From: the human T2T-CHM13v2.0 reference genome, Homo sapiens
Assembly: GCF_009914755.1 (NCBI RefSeq)
Contig: NC_060932.1
DNA: 64,000 bases
Reading direction: 5' to 3' (one strand)
The notes beneath the pieces are model-generated. The model was not told the origin of the DNA. It worked only from the letters and a program-made list of their open reading frames with translations, and did no database searches. Shown here in pieces: positions 54,381-64,000 of the stretch. Every line of letters begins with the position of its first letter. Positions within the stretch are counted from its first letter, which is position 1. Position numbers and translations under genes: made by a program.

Positions 54381-56776
54381 TATAATATAGTAAACCACAC
54401 CCGATAGATGCTTCATGGGGCTGTTCTGGAAGGTGGTTAAGGGAAATCCTACCTCTACAGTCTAAACTGTCTACAGTGAGAAGGTTATCGTGGATTGCTT
54501 GTGAAATTACTACACATTTTAGAAAAAGGCCACTATAATTCACTGTAACAAGTCCTACAGTGGTACTGCCCTGGGAACTCACAGGAGTCTGCACTGGGGT
54601 AACTGGGAACTGCAGGTGGGGCAGAGGAGAGGAGCGCAGAGTGTTCCAGGCAGGAGGACCAGCGGGAACGAAGGGCCAGGGGTGGAGTGAGCTCGCCCAC
54701 CAGCCCTCCCTAAGGGGATGGAGGCACTGCCAGGCCAACAGTCAGGTTGTGTAGAAACATGTGACTTGCCCTCTATGGCAATGCCACCCAAACCACTGGG
54801 CCATGTGGGCACAGGGCGCAGGTGACAACATAGAAGCATAGAAACCCATGCACTCCTTCCCTGCTTCCTTCATTGAGAATGTCTCAATATAAAACAAACA
54901 CACAGAAATTCTCTCACGGGAATGCACAGCACTCTGAGTGATGAGGCCAATTTTCATTCTGGCCTGGAGCAGCTCTTCCTCTCACCACAGATGGGAGCAA
55001 ATGGTCTGTGACCTGGGACTAGGCCTCAGGCTCCCCTGAGCAGCCTCGGAGAGTCCACCTTCAGTCACGGGCTAAGGAGAGTGGCTGTGTGGGTGGTGTT
55101 GGGGGGCTGATGGGAAGGAAGCGGTAGAGACTCAGGCTGTGCTGTGTTCAGAGCCACCCAGCTGGGACATACCAAGCCCCACAGTCACTCTGGATTTCTG
55201 AAGAAGCTCCCCCATGCCCTCCCTTATCCCCTTTCTCTGCATGCCTTCCTGGTCTGACTTCTTTCTTGCCTCTTCAGGCCTGTGTTGTTTCCTTCCTTCT
55301 CACTGTTTCCCCTGGGTCGTGCTCTCGCTGGCCTCCAGATCTCTGTGTCTGCCATATCCTTCATCTGCTTGATCCTGGACAACTTGGAGGACTTGGCTTG
55401 GGAAGGCCCAGCACCTCAAGGAAGCCTCGCCTGACCCTCCTCAGGGCTGCCACAGCCCTTGGAGAAACCTTTAGGCATTACTCGGTTTTGTCATTTCCCA
55501 GTGATCTGGGAGCCTGAGTGAGGACTTGGATGGAGTCATGTTCAGCTCTAGGTGCCCATGTCTCTGGACACAATTTCTCAGTAAATACTGGGTACATTTT
55601 AAAAATTAGATGGAATGTGCTAGAGTCAGTGAGGAAAACAATAAGCAGAATATTCCATCTACTGCCTGGGGAAGTGGAGAGTGCATCTCACCTGCAGGAG
55701 GCAACCCCTGCAAGGCCAGGACAGGACAAAGGAAAGGCGCTCTGTGTTGAGGTTGGGATGCCACAGGTAGGGACAGGAAAATCTGGGTCGAAATTCACAT
55801 CCCACCCTGACCGGAGCTGGGGGTTGAGTGGATCTATTGGAGTGTGAGGGGTGGGATCTGTGGAGCTCAGAAATACCAACATAGAGTCTGAATTTTAGGA
55901 CGTTCCCTAGCCTCGCCAGGAAGGCAGCTGAACCAAAGAGTCCCCACCCCTGGCTGGGGCGGGAAGCATTAATTGCTTTTGCAAGCTTGAGAAAAATCAT
56001 ACAACTTAATTAAGATTGGCCCATCCTGAGAACATCCATCAGCTGTGGGCGCAGCAGGAATAGGAGGGTGGCTTGGAGTGGGGGAGAGAAAGGACACCCA
56101 GTGGGGAGTGGTTGCTGCAAGGAGACAAGACTCTCCCAGCCCCCCATCAAAGGGTTTGCTGAATGTCCCTGGGGGTCAGACCCCTGGTATCCACCATCAG
56201 GGAGAGCAGGGAACAGAGCAGCCTCTTAATTAATCCACAGAGAGAGCTGAGGCCTCGGCCCCACCCTGCGTTTCAATCACTCAATCCTTCTAATTTCCCA
56301 GCAATTTAATTAAAGGATCTTCCCCCTTACAATAATGTCTCATTTCCTCAGAGCAGCTTTAAAAGAATTAGAAGCTGCTAAAACTGATTGGATTGTAGCT
56401 GTTTCCCTGAGACTTTGGTCTGGAATCTCAGGATATAAAGGTGCTAAGAGGATGAGGCCACATCCCAAAGCCCTTTCCACACAGTAGAAGTTGAGGCCCA
56501 GAGCAAAGAGGGGTGCCTCTAGGGTCACATGCAGAACCAGGGGCAGAATAAGATCTTGGTTAACCCCATCCCCTCCCATCTCCCATCCATCATAGCAGAA
56601 AGGTCTCTACTCTTCAACCAGTGACCTCAGTTTATTCTTCTTTAAAATGGCATGCCATTTGTAAAAATTAAATTTGATTATGAGTGTAAAAGTGCTTGGT
56701 TGGTGGAAATCAAAATATAACACAAATACCCTGGAAATTTCTGTGAGTCTGGCCCTGGAGATCAGAGCATCTAGGA

Positions 56777-56993
56777 CAGGGGTCAGTAAACTATGGCCTG
56801 TGGGCCAAACCTGGCTCACCACCTATTTTTATAAATAAAGCTTTATTAAAACGCAACCATACTTATTCATTTGCATACTATCTATGGCTGCTTTCATGTT
56901 ACAATGGTGCAGCTGAATAGCTGCGGTGGAGACCATATGGCCAACAAAACAAAATATCTACCTGGCTCTACCAAAAACATTTGCTAAACCCTA
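56777..56993 (+). mobile_element. MER58A-type hAT-Charlie DNA transposon
   Basis: caggggtcagtaaactatggcctgtgggccaaa ... tttgctaaaccct. Confidence 0.85.
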
Positions 56994-57069
56994 CATGGTT
57001 GCAGAAGGCCATGACTCTATCAAGAATCCTCAAAGGATCGAAAAACCAAAACACTGTCTTTGAGCAAAC

Positions 57070-57700
57070 AGAGTAGTATCAGCTATCAAATACTGAGTAC
57101 ATGCTGTGTGCTAAGTATACTAGATGACAAGGTGTAGAATACTGTATCAACTCTACAGATGGTGCAAACATCCCCATTTATAAACGAGCTAACTGAAGCT
57201 CAATGAGACTGAGCATTGTCTGAGGCTGCGGAGCCAGCAAGCTGGAGAATGTAGCTTCATTCCATATCCATCACCCCAATCCCAGACTCCTCCATACTGA
57301 GTTGACACCTTCCTTCTCCAGGGCTAACACCAACCCACAATGCATGAGAGCTGGGTGGGACCTCGGAGATCCTCCAACCCCAAACCCCTGACTGTATGCC
57401 AGGGAAACTGAGGCCCAAACAATGCAAGGTCACTCAGAGAGTCCATGGCAGAGATGGGGAAAGAGACCACAGCTCCTGGCTCCCTAAAAAACAATGTCTT
57501 ACTCAGGTGAGCACCTGCTCTGGGTCAGGTGAGGTGCTAGGCAGGTAACAGATCTACACAACAGCTGTAAGCATGTTAGTACCTCCATTTTTCAGAAGAA
57601 GGCACTGAGGCTCTGAAATCAAAGGCGATGTGTTCCAGAGCACACAGCTAGTAGAGCTGAGGGATGGATGTAGGTTCCTCTGAGTTCAAACTTGTTCTCT
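57070..57700 (-). mobile_element. Cluster of MIR fragments
   Basis: Three antisense cores: ccccatttataaacgagctaactgaagctc, gggaaactgaggccca and ctccatttttcagaagaaggcactgaggct. Confidence 0.6.
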
Positions 57701-59025
57701 TCTCACTGCCCAGGCTGTGAAGTGGGGCCATCCGAGAAGCAGAGAAGGGCCACACTCCTCTGCTCTTCAGGGCAGTCCATGAGTCCCCCACATCCACTTT
57801 CTGCTGGCACCCAGCTGGGGTAGGTCGGCTTGGGTGGGGGAGCCCCCGCGGCTGAGGCTGACGTAATCAGCACTCAGGGAACACTGTCATTGCCATCCTT
57901 CAATGGAAGGAAGCTGCAGTGCCAACAGCTCAAATGACTTGCCCAAAGCTGCACAACTAATTTAAATTAGAACAAAAATCCTTCACTTGGAGCCCATGAA
58001 CGCCTTACAACTGTGCTTAAGTTTTGTGTGTGTACACAGTTTTCTGGGGGGTAGGTCTATGGCTTGCATCAGAACCCGCAGAGCTGAGCGGCCCTACAAA
58101 GTTAAGAGCTGCTGTTCAGATCCAGGGTTCATGGCAGGCGTGCCCAGCACATTAGCTTCCAACGTCTGTGGGACTCTCCTCCTCCCTGCTCCCCTTAGCC
58201 CAGAACATTCTCCCAACCACAGCCTCCTCCAGTCCTCCCTCTCTGACATCTAGGATTTGGTGGAAGGTCTGTGACTGGCACAAGCTTTATCTTTTGAGCC
58301 TCTGGAATCCAGGTGTCATGAGGGCAGTGAGTCAGCAATAGCCAGGAAGGAGGCTACTCTCAGAGGGTGAAGCACAAGGGACAAGCCTTCCCGGGACTGC
58401 GGCAGGAATCTCAGACCCTTGAAGACACACGCCTCACTAATGGGCCCAAGCAGGAGTGTCTCAGAGAGTCACTTGCTCTGTGCCATCAGGGGATCCCCTT
58501 TCCCTCTTGGAGTCTCAGTTTGCTCATCTGTGAAATGAAGCAGCATGACTGTCTCCCTCAGTCCCTCCGGCCCTGGCCTTCTGGTCTTGCTTCGTAGTCT
58601 CCGTTCTGCATTCACATCGCTCTTTGACCATCGCTCCTGATCACTGCAAATGGAGAAGTCCCTTCCAGGCTCCCCCAGCCTCTGGGGCTCCTGCAAGGGA
58701 ACTCACCCTCCAGGTTGTTCTGCCACTCATGCATCCAACATGGTTATTATAGAAAACAAATGATGACAATACTCACAAGGACTGTAAGTTAACCCTCCTT
58801 GGATGCCTGCACATGCTGGAAAATTGACATGCATCATCTTATCGAAGCCTCACAGCAATTTGATGAGGAAAGCGCTACTGTGATCCCCATTTTAGAAATG
58901 GAAAAACTGAGGCTCAGAGAGAACATGCGATGTTCCCAGCTCTTACGGGGTGAACCGATGACTCCAACCTGGGATTCTGACCTCAGACACGGCCACGATT
59001 CAGTCGCTCACGACATAGCTACACT

Positions 59026-59027
<2 letters not shown>

Positions 59028-59064
<37 letters not shown>

Positions 59065-59515
59065 AGACAGAGTCTCGCTGTGTTGCCCAGGCTGGAGTGC
59101 AGTGGCGCAATATCTCGGATCACTGCAACCTCCGCCTCCCTGGTTCAAGTGATTCTCCTGCCTCAGCCTCCTGAGTAGCTGGGATTACAGGTGCGTGCCA
59201 CCATACCTGGCTAATTTTTGTATTTTTAATAGAGACAAGGTTTCATCATGTTGGTCAGGCTGGTCTCGAACTCTTGACCTTGGTTACTATAGAATACAAA
59301 TGATGATAATACTCACAAGGACTGTAAGAATTAACTTCATTAACTGTTGTCACTGATGATTTTCCCCTTGTTCTTCAGTTCCATCTTTCAAGGCTGAAGA
59401 AAAAAGAGCATTTGATTCCAAATCCATCTCCCCACTCCACCCCTTTTAAAATTCAAAATGAACTTTCCATCCTATCCTCTGAGGGCCGCCTCGGCCTCCC
59501 AAAGTGCTGGGATTA
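59028..59515 (-). mobile_element. AluS-type SINE, slightly 5'-truncated, interrupted by a 205-bp composite templated insert (59281-59485)
   Basis: polyT, then Alu sequence to ...ctcttgacct (59280). Alu resumes at ccgcctcggcctccc (59486). TSD ACACTTCTT at 59021-59029 and 59519-59527. Confidence 0.93.
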
Positions 59516-60338
59516 TCCACACTTCTTCTTTACAGAGTGCCAGCTGATAGGCTTCTAGATATGCCTGGACTGGGTGGACTCTATTAGTTATTACAGTCAA
59601 TAATGCTATAACTATGACCTACGCAGGACAGAAGCTGGGTGAGCACCCTTCCCCCAGGCCCTGCAGAATCTGTCTCTTGAGGCCAACTGCCCTCTAGGTA
59701 TCTGCATGTGACCTAAGTGTTCACTGCAGGCAGTTCTGTCCCTTGCAGCTCCTTTATCAGTTTCACCTGGCCCATGACAATCCCCTGGGGCCAGGGCTGA
59801 TGTCTGGGGCATCTCTCTATGACCCATAGGTCTGATTCTGGATGCTCAGGAAAGAGATGCAGAATGGAGGAGGGGAGGCAGCTGGGGACCCTCTCTCCAG
59901 CTTGGTTCCCCCGCCGCCTCTGGCCTGACACAACCTTCTTCTGTCTACACAGACCTTTCTTCTCCCTTTTGTCTGCTTTGTGATAGTTAATAAACCAAAC
60001 CATCACTGCCTTCTTAGCCTGCAGGAAGTATAACAACTGTTATCTACCACAAACCACCGAAGCCTTAAATTGCAGCAGGAATGGTGACAGTGATAGATTA
60101 GAATTTTAAAAATCAAACCCAAACATGTCTCCATCATGGCTAACAGAAGGGCTGAGCTGACTTGAAAATGATGTACTTAGAAAATGTTGTGATGCATGGT
60201 AAATTAAGTCTCCCCCTCAGCACTTTTTCCCTTTCCTCCAGCAGAGTATTAGTCTAGTTAATTGATTCCCAAAGATTTCCCACTATGACCTAAAAGTATT
60301 CCCACTGTGGGTAGACTGATGGAATCCTGGATTTCATC

Positions 60339-60483
60339 CAAGGGCAGGATGGACAGTTCATTTTGAATTTTAAAAGGGGTGGAGAGGGGAGATGGATTTG
60401 GAATCAAATGGTCTTTTTTCTCCAGCCTTGAAAGATGGAACTGAAGAACAAGGGGAAAATCATCAGTGACCACAGTTAATGAA
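60339..60483 (-). repeat. Donor of the inverted copy at 59336-59481
   Basis: Reverse complement matches ttcattaactgt...gaactttccatcct, with about 5 mismatches in the first ~138 bp. Confidence 0.95.
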
Positions 60484-61569
60484 TTTTAAATACTTATTAC
60501 AAGAAAAATTAATTTGTCAAATTAGCCCCATAGATACAGGTTATACAATGAGTCACTCTCTCCTCAAAAATGCAAAACTCAGAGCAACTAACGCATCTCA
60601 AACTTGCTGTTGCACAGCCAGGTCGCAAGGTCACGTTCATGTCTGAGCGCTATTAGGTGGGGCAGGAGCCTCTCCTCCACCCCAGAGACTGTGCTGAGCA
60701 CATCACAAACATTATCCCAGTAATTCTAACACTACGGTTGTTTGATAAACTTGTACATCTATGCACTGGATGATAACACCCACCCCTCCCAATGCTGTCC
60801 TGAGAAGCAAATACTCAAGGAACAGAAAGTTTTTTGCAAGTCCCTGATGCACAAGGAGCGTTCGTGCCTCTCAGCAATTGTTACCTTATCACCCCCATTG
60901 CTGATGGGGGAGAGGTGGCCCAGCCTGCCCAAACTGACACACCTGCTAAGAGTGAGGCTGGGCCAGGTTTGTCTTGCCTGCGCTTCAGCTCTTTAATTCA
61001 AAGACTGCCCTTCTCCCCTTCCTCAGTAGATGAGAGTATGGGGGGCAGCTCACACGACAGAGGCAAAGCCCATCCACGTGCGAGGTGGGTGTCATCTGTG
61101 AAGATGCATCTGTGGGAAGTGCCAGGGCTCTTCCCAGGGCTAGGCCAGCTGTATGCTGCCTCGGCCTCCTCCCCAGCCCAAGCATTACAGAGCACTCCAG
61201 GCTGGGCCCCAGCTCCTGCCTCCACCCTGTCTCTGACCTTGGACCAGCCCTGGGTCTCTTGTCCTTGCAATGACTTCTGCTCACACTTGGCCACGTGGCC
61301 CTGGACTTCAGCTCCCTGTAGCCACCCTGGCACCTCGCCTCTGTCCTCCATGTCCTGGGCCTGCACTGTCTACCTGGTGTCAGGGCTGACAGGGAGACAG
61401 GATGGCACAGGGAGGGCAAAAAGTACCTGGGGGAACAAGAACTTCATACCTGCGTTCAAGTCCCAGACACATCCCTTTCTAGCCTCAAGTGTCCCCCAAA
61501 ACAGGTTACTTACTAAGCCACCATCTTCTCAGCTGTAAAAGCAAGAAAAGAGTTAGCAGAAGGCACGTT

Positions 61570-61865
61570 GGTTATGAGTGCAGATATTGCTTGGGCTCAA
61601 TTCCTGGTTCTGCCACTTCCTGTGTGACCTCAAGCAAGTTACTTAACCTCCCCATGCTAACAGTTCCCATCAATAAAATTCTAACAAGAGCACCAAACTC
61701 ACTGGGTTGCTGTGATGAGAACACCCATACTCCCGACATAGAGTAAGCTCTATAGAAGTGCCAGTCTTCAGTCTTAGGAAGACACAGGTGGACAGGAAGT
61801 CTGAATAGGAAGATGCCCATGAAAGGGCCTCGTATGGTATCTGGCACACAGCAGGTACTTTACAC
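61570..61865 (+). mobile_element. MIR fragments
   Basis: gggctcaattcctggttctgccacttcctgtgtgacctcaagcaagttacttaacctc core. Confidence 0.65.
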
Positions 61866-62419
61866 ACATTCTAAAACAGGGAGGTAGAGAATTCAGCCTT
61901 TTAGCACAAGCTTTTACCTTGCCTGACACAAAAAACACCTGGAGTCAAAAAGCACCCGAAAACAACAGCCAAGGGGGTCGGGAGCAGTGAGAAGCTCCAT
62001 CTCACAGTCACATGAACGGACCACTGGCTTTGAAAGCTTCCCCTCTGAGCCCAGCATCAGCTCCCCAGGAAAGAACCACGGAGAACCAGGCCTCCTGCCT
62101 GCCCCACCCACACACCTACCAGGCCTGGTCAGCCAGGACCACAGGCAATGCTTCACCTCAGCTTCCTGCATTTCCTCGTAATCCAAGAGGACAGGAAGGG
62201 AAGGGAAGTACACAGGGTCTGTGTGTCCAGGCAGGGCAGGCTCCGCATTCAGGCTGCGCAGAGCACAGAGCACACCCCAGGAGTCCTCCCAGGCCACCTT
62301 CACGGCCTCCCCCCCCCACTACCTTATGCCCTTGAGGGAGGAGTGTGAGGGATACTCATGTTTAAGACCCCCATGCCAGGAATACAAGCAATCTGTGATA
62401 TTTCCAGAGTGTGGGCCAG

Positions 62420-62590
62420 GACACTGCTAACAGCTTCAGGGGCTTCACTCATTTAATCCTTTTAATCATCAGGAGTCAGCGATTATCCTCGGACCCATTT
62501 CAGACATGGGTAAACTAAGGCTAAGAGGTCTGGTGGCATGGCAAGGTCACGTGGATAAGTGACAGAGCAGGGTTTGAGCCCAGGTCCTCT
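62420..62590 (-). mobile_element. MIR SINE
   Basis: ctcatttaatcct...cccatttcagacatgggtaaactaaggct...caaggtcac...agggtttgagcccagg. Confidence 0.65.
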
Positions 62591-64000
62591 GCCTGTGAGC
62601 TGGGCACTCACCTATCTCAACACAGACCACACCGATGCATGGGCAAGATGTCTCATTCTGGAGAACCACCCTGACCTCCTCACCCTTCCCCTCCTCTATC
62701 AAATGCCACTGCCTGCCCCACAGCTTACAGAGTAAAATCCACATCCATCATTTCACATCCCTGCTCTTCTAGGATCTGGCTTCTGCTGATTTTTCTGCCC
62801 TTCCCTTTAGAGTTGCTCCCAGCCAAACACAAATTCTCATGGCTCAAGTCCATCTCCCACACTGCCCACCCCAGGGGGCGCTGTGACTCTTCTTTGGAAT
62901 TCCTTTCCCACTCCCTCCCACCCCAATCCCTGGAGGTGCAAAGCCCATCTAGGTTCCCAGGCCCTATCACAGGTCACCTCCACCGTGAAGCTTTCCCTAA
63001 CTCATCCCAAGTCAGCAGTGTTCTCCCTCTTCCTTGCTTAAGGCAAGGAGTCACTTTTCTACTTGAATCAGAGAAGCAGCTTTTAAGCTTCTCCCAGGAG
63101 GTGCCCTCAGGCCCTGCTGGGGTGAGGTGAGAGGGCTGGTAACAGGGAGGGCCAAGTGAACTCTGCCCTCTTCAACAGGGTGGCTACTCTTTTATTTGCT
63201 TCTAAACCTGCATCAGATTTCATTGCAAGAAAGGGTTCTCGGAGGAAACAAACCTTGACCTCAGGGTGTCAGATGTGAAGATGTCAAGACACCCCAGGGC
63301 CAGGCTGGGTGTATCAGGACTCAAGTCAATGCCCCCACAATGCTGTGCACAGAGCAGGAGTTCCAAACATATGGCATCTATGTTGAGCACCCAGACTAGA
63401 AACCTTGGTCACATAGTCCTGTGTTATGACACCTCTGATGGTCATTGCATTGTTCCTCCCAAATACACAGTGGACAAGAGGGCACTGCCACTTCTTGGCT
63501 GGCAGCAAATCAAATGCTGGGTGCCAGGAAATGGAAGGTGAGATCATTAACGTCAAAAGGTTTCCAAAGCAAACCTAAATGCAGAGGAAAGAGCACCATC
63601 TGCATTTTAAGGGCCTGGGTTTGGATGGGGTCCTTCTGGGTGGGCCCCAAATCCAAGATTTCAACTTGGGAAGGGGAAATGTAAGCCATCCCGCCTGAAG
63701 AACCAAAGCATTCAGACAGGAACTGTTTTTATTCCAACCACCTCACCTCCTTAGAATGGGAGGCGAACAGTGAAATAGTGCATTTATCTTAAAAGTGAAA
63801 TAATTCCAGGATGGTAGGGCGAGACCCTGTGATGGGTGAATTTACCTCACTTGATACCAAGGGCCCTTAATACTCGGGGAAGTGGGACTTTGTCGACAAA
63901 GCCAGGACAATCCCCCTACCCCCACCCCACCCAGCAGTGATTAAAAACCCGTACGGTCACTTTCTATGTGATGGCTGTCTCCCTCTCACCAGACTGCATA

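Noticed and set aside
60834-61538. 234-aa ORF
   Set aside because: Non-ATG start, begins in MIR-like sequence, low-information Ser/Pro/Ala composition and no recognisable domain.

Overview
Human (primate) non-coding genomic DNA. An L1HS-Ta element points to Homo sapiens. I find no credible protein-coding exon, RNA gene or CRISPR array. The ORF track consists of retroelement or transposase remnants, tandem-repeat read-through and chance ORFs. The window is a layered record of mobile elements: a decayed ERVL internal region, two 5'-inverted (twin-primed) L1s, a near full-length Tigger2, MER41A, MER50B, MST and MLT LTRs, MER63C, MER58, MER5, Alus, MIR and L2. It also has four tandem arrays: a 24-bp minisatellite born inside an MLT1 LTR, a 5 x 48-bp repeat, a 1.4-kb TG-rich tract and a 3.5-kb CpG-rich 49-bp VNTR. 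The most unusual signal is a set of locally templated insertions. These are a two-fragment patch inside an Alu copied from both flanks in opposite orientations, a 209-bp copy placed inside an MST LTR, and two micro template-switch scars. Subfamily names come from recalled consensus sequences and need RepeatMasker/Dfam confirmation. Boundaries of old repeats are approximate.
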